Source: Psammoneis japonica
Taxonomy: Eukaryota
DNA length: 64,000 nucleotides
Assembly: GCA_008632985.1 (NCBI GenBank)
Contig: QPGO01000011.1
Location: 682,001 to 746,000, forward strand
Direction: 5' to 3'
Of this stretch, positions 13,501 through 26,924 are shown in pieces. The notes below the pieces were generated by a model. The model was not told the origin of the DNA. It ran no database searches and saw nothing but the letters and a program-made list of their open reading frames with translations. Position 1 is the stretch's first letter. Each line of letters begins with the position of its first letter. A program made the translations under genes and the position numbers.

Positions 13501-14847
13501 ATGCCTACTTCTGCACCTCCTATAATATCATCCTTGTCTCGCCGTCCGGGTCGTCGTAAAGATTATTCGAAAAGAGTCGTCGTTGCGATTGGCTTGGGCT
13601 TGGCGGCTGTGCCTTCTTTGAGCATTGCAATGCTTTCCTTTCGATTGAGCCCCTCCCCGATAGTTATTCCGCCTGTTTCTGGAAATATGCCTGCCTTAAA
13701 TACGATGACTAGAGATGATATGACGGGGTTACTAGCAACAGAAGCAGCGGCAGCAACATCAGAGGCAACAACTTCAGCAGCGGAGAAAGTAATGTCTAGA
13801 ACCGACGCTGCAGCGACAGAAGCAGCACTGCTTAGTACGCCTGCTTCTGGAGATGTGCCTACCTCGAATACAATGGCTCGAGACGTTGCCGCGGTGGAAA
13901 TAGCAGCAACAGAAGAAGAAGAAGAAGAAGAAGAACCACCACAAGCAACAGAAGCGGATACAGCTACGTCCACAACCGACGCACCTCCCACGACAGCGAC
14001 AGCAATCCCCGTTCAGGTTACCGACCCGGAAATCCTCGAGCGCATTCAATACGCAAAAACCGTCGCTACCGAAGTCAAAGAGGATCACCCATGGTTTGCA
14101 GATTTTGATTTTTCCACGGGTTGGGCCGCTGCTTGTGGCTGTAATAAATGCTATTATCCTTCCATTAGCGATCCGACAGCGGGCTACTTGGTCGCCCGCG
14201 AGTCGCAACTTCCACAAATGATAAAGGCCCACAACCTTGAGATAAGCATGGAAAAGGATTTTGGAACGGCACGTTTATCCAAGTCGGTTGAACTCATCGC
14301 CAATGTTACCAGAAGCATGGCATGGGTTCTCAAGCACTATACTCGTCAATGGGGATACGAAAAGCAAGTAGCAGCGTTTTCCACCTCAAAGACACGCAAG
14401 GTCGTCTTGCAACGCGTCCACAAGGCACCGCAACCGAGTTTAACGGTTGCCTTTACACCTCGCAAGGGCGGCAGCATGTTGAAAAAAATTCCCTGGTTTA
14501 TTGAACAAATCAAAGATCCGGTCGCTTTTGCCAAGCAGTTCCGAATAGAACAACAACGCATGCTCCGAGTCATGGCTGCCTATTCGCAATTGTTTACAGA
14601 CATGCAATTTATTCTTGATACGACGGGACGTCTCTATCATATCGATTTGGATCGCAATGGTGATGACGACGAGGATGTGATTATCACCGACAAGAAGGAA
14701 CTGCGAGAAGAAGTGGAATGGCTCGATGCTGACTTGACGTGGCTATTGCAACACTTGACTCCGTCCTTGTTGGGGCCTGACGAGCACATACAAAAGTGTC
14801 AACATTCATTTTGCAAGAAGAAGAAGGAAAAGAAAAGCGAAGAATAG
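13501..14847 (+). CDS. Type II membrane protein with an Ala/Thr/Glu-rich stalk and a possible kinase-like lumenal domain
   Basis: Basic N-terminus then one TM segment. Duplicated stalk, CGCNKCYY, and DMQFILDTTGRLYHIDLDR. Confidence 0.65.
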   Translation: MPTSAPPIISSLSRRPGRRKDYSKRVVVAIGLGLAAVPSLSIAMLSFRLSPSPIVIPPVSGNMPALNTMTRDDMTGLLATEAAAATSEATTSAAEKVMSRTDAAATEAALLSTPASGDVPTSNTMARDVAAVEIAATEEEEEEEEPPQATEADTATSTTDAPPTTATAIPVQVTDPEILERIQYAKTVATEVKEDHPWFADFDFSTGWAAACGCNKCYYPSISDPTAGYLVARESQLPQMIKAHNLEISMEKDFGTARLSKSVELIANVTRSMAWVLKHYTRQWGYEKQVAAFSTSKTRKVVLQRVHKAPQPSLTVAFTPRKGGSMLKKIPWFIEQIKDPVAFAKQFRIEQQRMLRVMAAYSQLFTDMQFILDTTGRLYHIDLDRNGDDDEDVIITDKKELREEVEWLDADLTWLLQHLTPSLLGPDEHIQKCQHSFCKKKKEKKSEE

Positions 14848-15651
14848 CGGGATGCACATACAGAACCGAAACACTAAACGGTTTGCTTACAAAACTAAAG
14901 TACAGACCGAAGCGACTGGGAAATGGCTCATTTTCACCCCTTCTTTGATGGAAATCGATCAGTTGGGAATTTGCACAAGATGTAACAATACGGGCATTTT
15001 GCAGTGTACTGCGGTTTTTGCCCTCGTCGTCTTGATCAACTTCATCATTTCTCTCGGAATACGCATAATTAAGTGTGATGGCGGTGAGAATACCAGCCAG
15101 CCACCACCTGTTCAATGTAGTCACATTACTTTTTCTTTCTGGCTTTTCTCAGCTTCTTTGACATGTGTCTCATTTTAGCTTGCTGGTCGCACCGTTTCTT
15201 ATGTTCCTTGTGGGTCACACGTTGGCATTCTTTGTTACAAAACGCTACGCTTTTGCAGCCAGCGCATATCCTTAGGTTTTTCTCCCTTCCACAAGCCAGA
15301 CAGGCCGTGGTAGTCGGCCTGGTGAGGAAGCGATTCTGTCTCTCGTGATCTTCCTAAGGCACTCCGCCCAGGAAGACTTTTCGGAATGTCGTCTCCATGG
15401 CGGTCCCTTTGTAGTAGCTTGGAAGGCGCGCTTTGAGCAACCCCCGTGATTCGAAGCTAGACGCAAAGCACAACGTCAGAGCATCGCAAGCTCATCTCAT
15501 AGACACGTTCGCATGGCGGTTCTCGCTTCGGATTTTCCATCTCCCATTTCGCGGAAGCAGGTCCTCAGAGTTCGGGAAAAGTGCCAAACTCTGCTTCTGC
15601 TTTATGCAACCGGTAAAAATAGGTTTCCATTCTTCCAAAAGATTGACCGGC

Positions 15652-16800
15652 TCAGTAAGGAAAACCGAAATAGTTCTCATAGACTCGTTTAGGTGAAAAA
15701 CGAGTGACCAGAACGCTGTTGGTTGGGTCTACTTTTGCCAAAACGATTGGCCTGAGACGCTCTTCGTCGCCCGATGAAACCGCATTTTTGAGGTAGAGTG
15801 ACGCCTCGTGAGGACCAAAATCGTGAAATTGCTCATGAACAAGTTCTGCTTCGGCCGCGTAAACGACCTCCAGACGTTCTAAATTGTTTGGGCACGGAAA
15901 AATGGCGAACGTTCCCTTTGCAACAGATTTGGTTCGCAAATCTCCATACTTAGTCTTGTGGCTTTGGAAATCCGAGGAAGTGCCCATGGTGTCAAACTCG
16001 AAACTCACGTTGTTCTCCGTCAGTCCGGAAGCAATAGAAAGAATAGTATCCTTTTCGTGGAATCCATCCAACGAGCCTCCATTCTGTGCGATGTTGAAAG
16101 CCCTGACTAAATTCAAGTCGGGCAGTTGACAGAGCGTTGGACGAAGAGGGTCGTTGCTACCGTCACGGGTGCTGGGCATTCTTTTCGAGAATATTCGAAT
16201 CATTCCAAGGAGGCCATAAAAACGAGGAAGTTGAGAAATCTGCTCTTCAGGAATCTGATGCAGCAACTCATCAAACTTCACCTCGTCCTCTCGACCATTT
16301 ATCGACCAAGAGAGGCGCGATCTATAGTCATCCGAATCGTCTCCCCGCATGATTGTCTCTTGATAGACCATCAGGTACAGAGGCAGAGGATGGTTGAGCA
16401 CAGAAAGATTTTCCATCTTTAGAAGCTTGAATTCTGGGTCAAGCCCCGGGATCCACACCATTAATCTGTCGTTCTTCTTCCCGGCGAAGATGCCCACTGC
16501 ACCGTTCAATCGTTTCCCTTTCTCACTCCGCAGATTGCAAATACGAAATCGTGTGCCACTGATTTTTCCGGTGAAACATTCTGGCTTTTTGCCATCCACG
16601 TCTGGATCAAACAACTGGTCATTTACCTCGGAACCGTCGTATTGGCCTATAAAGTTCGCCATTATTTGGTGACGCGCAGAATGTGAGAGTTCACCTCCCC
16701 CCAATAAGCTAGCCAAGTCACAGTTCCGGTAGCTCTCCATCATCTCTTCCATGGATTTATTTGGGGCAAAATCGTTAAGGTCAAACGGAGGGGCACTCAT
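15652..16800 (-). CDS. Uncharacterised 382-aa protein
   Basis: Intact ORF starting at aaaaATG. Contains GTRFRICNLRSEKGKRLNGAVG, an SH3-like segment of a kind common in algal proteins. Confidence 0.7.
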   Translation of the reverse strand: MSAPPFDLNDFAPNKSMEEMMESYRNCDLASLLGGGELSHSARHQIMANFIGQYDGSEVNDQLFDPDVDGKKPECFTGKISGTRFRICNLRSEKGKRLNGAVGIFAGKKNDRLMVWIPGLDPEFKLLKMENLSVLNHPLPLYLMVYQETIMRGDDSDDYRSRLSWSINGREDEVKFDELLHQIPEEQISQLPRFYGLLGMIRIFSKRMPSTRDGSNDPLRPTLCQLPDLNLVRAFNIAQNGGSLDGFHEKDTILSIASGLTENNVSFEFDTMGTSSDFQSHKTKYGDLRTKSVAKGTFAIFPCPNNLERLEVVYAAEAELVHEQFHDFGPHEASLYLKNAVSSGDEERLRPIVLAKVDPTNSVLVTRFSPKRVYENYFGFPY

Positions 16801-17204
16801 TTTTTGTTATCGATTGTTTTGTGACGTCGAGGAAAGGTGCTACTGTAAAGGTTGGTTCGGCCTGTTGTCATCAAAAGCAAGAAGATATTTCACCATGGGA
16901 TGATGGTCGGGTGATCTTCGCGAAGACTTCAAGGTTCGGAGGAGTCAGTTGAAGTTGAAGTAACTTTCCGTTGAACTGCTTAGTATCATTTTTTTTAATT
17001 GAAGGTTTCAATTAATGCCGGAATAATTGAGAAACCTACGTCTCTGTATGCATCATATTTCGGCAAACGCAGAGGTTTTCTTTTTTTTTTTAGAAAATCG
17101 ATCCTATCCTCGATCCCTTATCATTTCCGGATACCGGATCTTCTGATGCCCGCCAACACAACTCCTTGTTATTTCTCAGCACAAACTGACTGCTTGGAAG
17201 GACC

Positions 17205-17981
17205 ATGCTCTTTAACCCAGAAAATGTCAATGTCGTCACGGTGGCTTGGGCGTTGCTCTTGATTGGAGGAACGTGGGCATTTCGGAATCAACGCATCAAA
17301 GAATTCTTGGTCATTGCGCTCGTGGTTGCGCTGGTACTCAGTCACTACACCAAGCGAAAGGAGGATGAATGGATCGAAGAACCGGCTCTGGCCTATCTTG
17401 AGAATGAACTGAGTCAACAAGACGATGGAGCCGAGAGACTAGAGAAATGGAAAGAACGGTTCCCGGGTCTGGCTGGAATGACAATGGGCGATGTCGTCGA
17501 GACAATGTACGAAGAAGGCATTCAACAAGTGCAACTTGCAGTTGTAAACAAGCAAACCGATCACTTGATTGTACAAGGCGTGATATTTGGCAAGGTTGCG
17601 GCTGAAATGCTTTCTCAAGCAATTAGAGAAAACTATATTTGGAAAAGGGTGTCATTCATTCAATGCAGCCTTGATCCCACGTCTGCTTTGACGATTGGAC
17701 AAGGATTCAGAGAGAATCAATTGATCTATCACGTGGATTTTGATCAAGTTCTAATGAACCAAGAAACACTACAGGCGGTCGTATCAAAACTGGTCATCCG
17801 AAATAAATCAATACAGATTCTCTCTATTGAGAGTTGCGGCATTGACGATGAAGGAGCCGCCCATTTATCGAACGCCATGAGAGAAAGCTCAACACTTCAG
17901 ACGTTGTCTTTGAAAGGAAATGACATTAGTTCAGACATGCTGAGCATTATTGAGGGTGCAGTTCCAACACTTTTGATGTGA
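17205..17981 (+). CDS. Membrane-anchored RNI-like leucine-rich repeat protein
   Basis: Two N-terminal hydrophobic helices, then IQILSIESCGIDDEGAAHL and LQTLSLKGNDI repeats. Confidence 0.6.
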   Translation: MLFNPENVNVVTVAWALLLIGGTWAFRNQRIKEFLVIALVVALVLSHYTKRKEDEWIEEPALAYLENELSQQDDGAERLEKWKERFPGLAGMTMGDVVETMYEEGIQQVQLAVVNKQTDHLIVQGVIFGKVAAEMLSQAIRENYIWKRVSFIQCSLDPTSALTIGQGFRENQLIYHVDFDQVLMNQETLQAVVSKLVIRNKSIQILSIESCGIDDEGAAHLSNAMRESSTLQTLSLKGNDISSDMLSIIEGAVPTLLM

Positions 17982-18708
17982 CGTTGGAATTGAATGCTAC
18001 GAAGAAAACGATGCCTTGTGCTGCCGCTGCATTTTCCAACGAAATTTTAATATGCGTTACTTTAGTCTCAATCGTTTCCATTGAGAGGAGCAGCGTTGTT
18101 CATGGTTCATGATGCTCGTGTCAACACACCAGACCAAAAGCACTGTTGTAGCAAAATTGTTTGTTCAGGGATACCAAGTTATTTACACCCACCATTGAAC
18201 CTAGGTCCATGGTCGTGGAGATATAAAAACCTGACGGTGCCAAGAAGGTTGAAGTGCTTCTTTCTACAACTATCTCTTCTAATGGGAAGGTAACTTGTCT
18301 CTAGCTTATCTCACGATAGAGTTGTAGGGTACTCAACGAACTTCAGCGGTCGACGGTCGATCAGACGTCACTTCAGCACAGCACGGAATTCAGCTTGACT
18401 TGTTTTAGTCATGTTTGTTGTAGATGCCCTGTAGCATGTGGTATATCTGCGTCATTCAGTCTGCTGTGCGAACGAGACCGAGATTCCTCAAGACAAGATT
18501 TTCAAGACAGAGGACAACGTCGATGGTCGATGGCGTGCATCTTGGAAGGACCCTCAACACACGACATAAAACACACAACTCACTCGCACCTCGCACCTCG
18601 CACCCTTCGGGATACTGTTGCTGGTGCATTGTCGCCTTTCCTCTCTTTTGTGTATGTCTGCTGTTGCTGTGTCGGAGCTAGGCATTCTGGAAACGTAGTA
18701 TAGCTATC

Positions 18709-21700
18709 ATGGAGGAAGACGATGTGGAGCCTCCGAAAATGGGCCCTGAAGAATTACGTGCTTATCAACAAAGTACCGATTTGCTTCAAGGGACTGACGC
18801 CAGAAGTTTAGCTCTCGATACGGTCCCCACTTTGGTATCTCTTCGTGACGTTGTAGCGGATCCTCCATCGGCAGATGACGGAGCGCTGAGTGGTCTCGTG
18901 GTACCTACAAAGGCGGCTCACGCGTTGTTTCGGTCTCTGGAGAAGTTAGAAGCGCTCGATGCGGAAAACCTCGACTTGGAACGAGAAGCCATTTCCGGAA
19001 TTACAAGAATTGTGACCGGAGCCGCATCGCAGCAAGAGTTAGACTCGGTTGGTGGTCCCCTCAAGGCACTCGAGATTTTGGGTGCATCGATTCCTCGTCG
19101 TGTTTGCCAGCATCCTTTTCGTAAGAATGACATTGTGTGGGTGTGTCGGACGTGTCAGTCGGATGAAACGTGCGTCTTGTGTCACCAGTGCTTTACTCAG
19201 AGTCAGCATGAAGGACACGATGTGGCGTTCTATCATGCTCAGGCAGGTGGCTGTTGTGATTGCGGTGATCCAGATGCTTGGGATCCAGCTGGTTTCTGCC
19301 CACATCACGGGCCATCGTCGAAGAGTGGAGAAGGGCTCTCTTCAGAAGTGATTCATCGTGTGCGTGGTGTCGTTCCAGCGTGCGGTGAATGGTTGGTTTC
19401 AACGATAGCTGAAAAAGCTCTCATTGCACATAAGCGTACTGTTGCGCAAAAGACACTCTCCAAGTCGGAGTCCATGCCAGTCTCAGGAAGCAGCACTGCC
19501 ACACTACCACCACCTGGGCGACAACTCAGTATGGGAGCAGAGCCCGACAGCGACGGTATTGAGGAGGCCGATATTGATGATGAGCCCCTGGATGATATTG
19601 ATGAGATGGTTCTAGACCACGGGCTTGTGTTTTCGCCGCAGGCAGCATCTACATCAAAGTCTCGGCATGGTGAATCGATCGGTGGTGGACAGGCTCCCAC
19701 AATGTCCCAGAAATTGGGCGCAGCTGGACGAGAGGGACATGGGTTGTACCTTGTGCTGCACGCAGATGACATTCACACTACAACTCCTCTTGTCGACGCA
19801 CTACGAGATGTGTTGGGTCCAGCGTCCTTTTCCGACAGTATCTTGGGTCGAGTAGTCCGCTCCCTCCGCCAGCATGGGCAACTTGTTGTGTGGGGCACCA
19901 TGGAGCTCTTGGCCGAGTGCAGCGCTAGTATGAGAAGCTTATGGTTGGATGGGGATGACGTAGCCTCGTCGCGTATTGGTGCCATGATGTTGGATAGGGC
20001 TAGTCGGTTGGTGAAGCATGGATTGGTGTGTTCGATCCATACCCGTCGAGAGATTTACGAAGAACAACGTGCCGTGGCAGTGTTAAAATGGCTAACGGCG
20101 CTTGCTCGGAGCTGCGACCCCCTTTGTCAAACAGTCGCGGAATCTTTGAGAGCTCAAGAACACCTTGTACCCATGCTTCGTGCCGACTTCCAGTTGGGAG
20201 CGCTCATTACCAAGTCTTGGCATTCTCTATTGCTCACACTCTTGGCGGTTCCCATTTTCAAGAGCCGCTTGGCGGCGGCATATTGTGACACGTATCGGCA
20301 TGTCACTTCAGAGTACGCTCGGGGCTTGGGCGTGTTGGAGAGAAGCGCGTACACTCTCAGTGTCCAATTCTTGAACCGCGTCACTTATGTGGTAGGTTTG
20401 GTACAAGGAAGGGATTTGCTCGGAAAGCTCGGCAAGTCCTTGTTCGAGACATTATCCGTAGCGACAAAGAAGAGCCGTGGTTCCAATAAAGTGCTCCCGC
20501 GACTCAACCCAAACCACTTTGTGCTGACCCACCGTAGATACTCTCCGTGCATTTCGGATCTTAAGTGCGTCTTGAACGTCAAGGGAATGTCGCGCTTGTT
20601 TGCATCGACTGGTGGGACGTTCCTTCAGGATTGGATACAAGCACTGAGTTTGGCGCAGTACATGGATGGCCAGGTTTGGCGTAGTTGGTCACAGGGTCAC
20701 GTGGAAGTAGAGCCGAGAGGTTGGGTTGGTGCATTCAATGCGTCAATATCACTGGGATCAATTTTTGAGCGGCTTTTAAGTTGGAATGACGACGATCAAT
20801 CTCCCATTGATCCTGGCGCCTCGCCACTTGCAACTACCATGCAGACCTGTATTAGCCTCACAAGCTCTATAATGGCAGATGGGCTTACTACTTGGCAGCT
20901 ATCGGAAATGCTGAGCCACCGCTCCACTGCAAACGCTGCGGCCATTGAACCGCACCGACGGTGTCCAGCGAGTTTGCCGTTTTCCACCGTGGCACACAAT
21001 CATGGCGCTGCTCTAGCGATGCGTGCGCTTCCTATTGCACAGGTGTCATCATGGAGTTTTCATTTACCTCTTCATCGCTTCGTGGCGAGCTGTCTCCGCG
21101 AGGCCTGCCGCAGATCGCAGGACCTTTACGTGGACGACCTGATGCGGGCTTTGCGGCAGAAAATGACGGAATCAAATCACGACTCCCTCTTTCGGGGGTT
21201 GATGGAATTTCCTCTACTAGTGTTGACCCGATCTGCCCAGATACGCGCTGGTCTATGGAAACGCAATGGACCCGGAATGCATGATCAGGTGCTCAATTAT
21301 GCCGAGCCACCGTTTTGCAGAGTGCTTCGCGATGCGGACCTTCTCTTAGTTCAGTTTTCAATGCTAGGAAGAACTCTTCATCAGAGTCCGAGGAACAGGG
21401 AATCGGATGATGTTGGTTGCTGCTTTCTTGTCAACCTTCTCCTCCACCGACTGGGTTTGTTTGACTTTGTCGGTCTCGGTAAAGCTCCCAATTCTGATTT
21501 TTCTGGGTATACCGATGAAGTGGGAGCGGGATTGTATCAAGCTGAGCAGACATCAGATAACAACGAAGATGACACAGACTCGGTGTTGGTGTTACCCTGG
21601 ACTTATAGCCCTGCCAAAGATGTACCATCGTTGATGGCGCTCCTCGAGGAGTTTCTGCACATGTTGATTGTGCTAATCACTGAATTGCCGCCAGTCCCAC

Positions 21701-24700
21701 CTGCAGACAAGGCCGACCACACAGTCCAGGCAAAGCTTCGATTGCGCCGGGAAGTTATACACCGTTTGGCGTCGGGCCCGAAGACACACAGCGAACTGAC
21801 TGAGGTTCATCATGTGCTATCACATATGGATAATGTCTGTTTAAGCGAAGAGGGTAAAATGCTTAACCCTGACGATGCCACCGGCGCTGCACTCGAGGCA
21901 GTTCTTTCAGTGGTTGCCGACCGAAAGTTGGGTCGCGGAAGGTTAGCTCCAGACCAATGGGAACTGCGCCGGTCGGCATGGGACAGCTACGATCCGTCAT
22001 TTTTCCATATGAGCCAACGGAGTCATCAAAGCGCTGCAGAAAACCGACCTCCTCCCAAAAAGTCGGATACACCACCCCTATTTGGTGTCGAGGCACAACC
22101 CTATGTACCGCACATGAGTGAAGCCCACGCGTCGTTTCAACGACTCCGTCGGGACGTTACAGCTGATTCCACTGTTCTCGCTGTCGTTTACAGAACATTA
22201 CACATACACTGTCGAAATGCACAGATTCCCAGGGATACGTCGGACCTAAGGGGTAGATATGCATATGATAATGACGCCATGAGTGAAACGGCTTTGGCGC
22301 GATCGGTTCATCTTCTCACATTGGGTGCTTTTGCCTGGCAAACCGCTTTAGCAACCGATGACGCCAACACATGGAAATGTCGCGGCGGTGGATCAGTCGG
22401 AAGTGTGTTTTTCAATATCGAGAGCTCATTTCCACTGCCGACTGCAGAGGAATGGGTTGATGCGGCGCTCCTTTCTACCCCACGTGACTTGGTTGACGAT
22501 GACTGGTACACTGGAGAAGATAACACTTTGATTTTGCTTCGAAGGTTGGCAGTCGATGGAGGTAGCACAAGTGGTTTCGTCGCACAAGATCGAGCTGTCC
22601 GAGCTGGAGCCGCGTGGCTGTGCGACTTCGCAGTCAAGCACAATCCTCGAGCCGCGAGTTTGATTGGTAAACATACCTCGGCAAATGCGGAGTCTGTCCA
22701 AAAAGAATCGGAAAAGGAAAAGCGAAGGCGTGAAGCCAAGGCCAGGGCAATGAACAAAATGAAGGCCGAGGCTGCTAGATTTGCGGCTATGATGCAAATT
22801 GACGCAGAAGATGATAGTGATAAGGCCGAGGACGACGCAGTTGAAGATACAGGGGCACAAGGTGGCCTCCGTGCACCGCTTCGTTTGCGGAGTATGAGTA
22901 GCTCTTCGGCTCATGGGTCTGAGGTCAGCCTCCCGTCTACAGCTAGTGCCGCGTCACCTGCAAGAAGTGAAGCCAGCTCGAATTCACCACATGGGGCAAG
23001 CTTTGACATGAACAACGAAGAAAGTCATATCCCGGAGCGGTTGCTGAAGCAAAGACCTCAGTGTATAATATGCGTAGATGAGAGCGGTATTGGTGCGCGA
23101 AGAGCGGAAAGTGAGCTGAGTCGCGAAGAAGAAGAGTTAGGGCACAGGAAGCGAACACGGAGAAAGGCGGACGGCAGCAACGCACTTGGTTTTGTGGGAT
23201 ATGTGCAAGCTAGCGCGGTGCTTAAAGGAGGCGGAGGTCCACCACCGAAAAGCGACTCGACTACTCCTCTTTCTGTTGTTCGTCGGTTTGTTGGAAGCCA
23301 CGTTACCTTGTGTGGACACGCAATTCATAGCCAGTGCTGTGAATCATATTTGTTGTCGCAAAGGGAAGATAGATCAACCGGAAGAAGAGAGGAGTTCCGC
23401 TGCCCTCTCTGTCAACGCCTGAGCAACTGCCTTGTTCCATTCATCGACGTTGGCGTGGACTGGATTGACGAGCCTACTTGCTTGCCGGTCGGCAACGATC
23501 TTCACGATGCTGCTGAAGCCAATGTCTACGACTCCAATGTAGCTCATGGTGACACTACCGACAGTCATGATGGAACTCAAGAAGCGGCGTTGCATCAATT
23601 TCTTTCCTCAACTCCATGGTGGGTATCTAGAAATGACGAAAGCGTTGTGTGGGATGGGAGGTGTGCCTTTGTTGGGCTGCAGGAATCGTCCATGACCGAG
23701 AATGACAACAGCAATAACGAAGATACGAAGATGCAGTCGACTTCTCCGGACAACAATGTGGACCAAGAAATGAATCTGGCGTATCCCCGCCAAAGTCTCT
23801 GCGGCGGCGCAGCGTGAGATCCTTGAGGAAGAAGGACCTATACTCAGCTTGGAATGCCATGATGCGCACACCACGCTTCATGCGTAGGAAGAATCGACTC
23901 AAGAAGAGCAATGAACATGTGCAAGTGGACGCGTCTGCTGCAAATGATGGCTCTACAGGAGGTGTCCCACAGTGGTTGCATGTGTCGGATGATTCATCAG
24001 GAGAAACAGTTGTTTGGAGGCGACTTATGGACCTTATCGCAGACGTAGCATACAGATCCGATGGCAAGCGACTTGGTGACGAACAGTTGCACTCATATTT
24101 TGGTGAATTTAGACACTATCAGGTAGAAAAGCACGCCTACAACGCCTACAATCGAGCTGAGGGCAAAGAAAGCGTTGACGTAAGTGACTTTTGTTTCCTA
24201 TCTTATGTCTTTGTTTCGTATGTCACCTAATGGCCTGACCTCTCCTGCGATTTAGTGGCCACTGTGTATTGCTTCGACGATATCCGAGAGTCGACGCCAG
24301 GAGCTTTCGCGCGAAAAGGCCGTGTCCAAACTTCTGATGTCCATTCAGTCTCTGACATACAGCGCGTGCTCAGAGGCATTGGAGGCGCGCCGACTGCTTC
24401 GCAAGCTTAACATTCCCTGTGGGGAACCAGATGATATGGACTGCGATACGAACAGTGTTAAAGATCTTTATTCCAAATTCGGCGTCAGCGGTGTTTCGTG
24501 CGATGGTACGCTTTTGCTGATGCCCATGCCTTCGACCACAGAAGATGAAGGTGCTCAGCCATTCAATGGAAGGCTCGGGAGGCTTAGATACCTTGGGTTA
24601 TCAGTGATGGCTGCTGCAGGTGCTGTTTCAGCAGATTTGGTTCAATTGGTTCTTGGTTTGCCTATGCGTGGTCGATCGCAGCACGATCGTGCACACTTGC

Positions 24701-26311
24701 GAGCTCCGATTGTGTACCCAGTTTTGTTCGGTCATGTCTTGACTCATGTCGTTGCTGCCATGAGTGCGGCGTGTGGGCGGGCTCGGGCTAGAAGCGACTC
24801 TTTAGAGTTTACGTGGCCGCTGCCTTTCTCTCGTGGCGGCAGCTTTAGCGGAGGAGTAGCAGAAGAGTCTGGCGTACATACGGTTGATAGTGTCTTGAAG
24901 GATTGTGAAGGGTTCATAGGGCTCGGTCTTTTGGCGAGATTGTCACAGGTTCTTCTGGGTAGCCAAGGATTTGGCCCGGGAGGGAAACACTGGGATAACA
25001 GGCACGAGGTTGGCCCGTTGCTTCTGGATGCGTTAAAGCAGAAGTACGAAAAAGTGGACGGAACAAAGGCTGGTATGGTCGAAGGGGGTGTTCATAAGGA
25101 ATGGTCTAGGTCTTGCATTGCCCTTCTCGAAGTAGTGCTTCCTGGAAAATTGGATCCTTCTGTTGAAGAGAAAAAACTGCCTTCGAATGCAAGCCAGTGG
25201 ATCGATCAGTTTTTGAAGGCCTGTTCAATTGCTATCGACGCGGCGTGTTCGTATCTAGCAGATGCTGCTATCATTGTCCAGATCCTTGTACCCGGGGCAG
25301 TGTCGAAATACGCGCTCGATGATGCTGTTCAAGATAGAGCCTTGCCGGAATCGGTACAAACTTTTGACACATTTGAAAAGCTCCGCAAGCGATTTGGGTT
25401 TGAACCTCTTCATGTGATGCTCCAGTCGGACTTGGTGGTTGAAGTAGTGACAAACTGGTGTAGAGAAGCCTCAGAGTACACTGTAAATGAAAGAATGCAA
25501 GACGCAGTGGCTACGCCTGACTCCTCTCTAAGATCCCACCTCATGATGACAGACGGATTTCGAGTTCTCGACTGGCCAATGCAGTCTGCTCGTGATCTCT
25601 TTAATGATGGTGGCCTCAAGTTGTCACTCCTCAACGTACCGGCTGAGCCCCAGAACGACGTCGCTGCCATGGAGATAGATACTTTTCCTACGAGACGACT
25701 CGGTTCTCCGGAGAACGCATCTTTCTTTCCTTCTTACAGCCCGAAAAAGCTGGTGCCTCTCATTGGTGGCTATTGCGATTGTGGCGAAGATGTTTTGGAA
25801 GGAAGATCGAGGTCCGCAATATCTATGCTTCCCACTTCGTACACTGATCTTTATGCAGAACTTGGTGCGCTTTGTCCTGATTGTGATCAGATTGGCTTGT
25901 GTTTAGTTTGCGGTGAGGTGAGTCTTGGGTTGCATCGATCGCGGAAGATCACTCCTTTTAGCAGTTCGATTGACATTATCTTTCTTTGCCATTGTTTTGA
26001 TAAAGGTTCTCAATGCCGGCGGTAAAGGAGAATGCACCCAGCATTCATTCAAATGTGGCGCCGGTACTGGCGTGTTCTTTCTTTTGCAGGAATGTGTTGG
26101 TCTGATCATGCACATCGGGAAGGCCGCGTATGTCCATAGTCCATACGTCGATAGTCACGGCGAAACGCCCCAGTACCGAGGAAGGCCGCTGAATTTGGAT
26201 CTTGACCGCTATAACATACTTCATGAGATGTGGTCAGGACACACCATTCGTCAAAAGGTCATAGCAGAGCGCGGAAGCTCCAGGCAGGTCATTATCGCTG
26301 ATTTCTACTGA
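18709..26311 (+). CDS. UBR-box N-recognin E3 ubiquitin ligase (UBR1/PRT6 family)
   Basis: UBR box CQHPF...CRTCQSDETCVLCHQCF...GGCCDCGDPDAW, SFHLPLHR, REVIHRLA, RING LCGHAIHSQC...EFRCPLCQRLSNCLVP, C-terminal CLVCGE...SPYVDSHGE. Introns at ~24180-24255 and ~25918-26004. One apparent frameshift at ~23770-23815. Confidence 0.93.
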
Positions 26312-26924
26312 TGCTAGATTCGATGTTGTCGGTTAGGGCCCTAGGTTAAATGCCTTTGCAGCCGTGTTTGAAGGACTGTTGAATACAGGAGCGAAATGTT
26401 ATTGCATTACCATAGGTAGTAGGAAACCCTGGTCGTACCGCACTCTATACTAGAGAGTATGGTAGTCTCTCTTGATAATAGACCAACTTGTTGCTACTGC
26501 AGTACAGCTCGAGAGAGACGAGACTCTCGAGTATTCCCTCTTAAGAGCTCTCTCTACCGGTAGCTCTACTCTAGAGTAAAGATTAGCTACAGTAGAGAGT
26601 ACAGAGACTCTAGCTACTAGTAGCTAGAGTAGAGAGTAGCGAGTAGAGCCACAAAGGTTTTCCTTTTCGTGATGTAGCGGCAAGCGAGCGGATAGGCAGC
26701 ATGGGCCAAGAGATGACTCCTTGGATTGGAATTTTCCAAGTTGAAGTTGAACCCCTCACAAAATCCCTCCATCACATCACACACCGGAACCGCCAAAAAA
26801 TCCTTTCCACTTCATTTCACTCCACTCACACCACCTCAAAAGAAAAACAGAAGTCGTTGACAAACCGTTGGGAACCATCCTTGAAAGAAATCGCTCGCTT
26901 CTGCCTTCAGTATTGATTGATACA

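Noticed and set aside
14684..15466. Minus-strand ORFs between two genes
   Set aside because: No coherent exon structure or motif, and they overlap the 3' end of the plus-strand gene.
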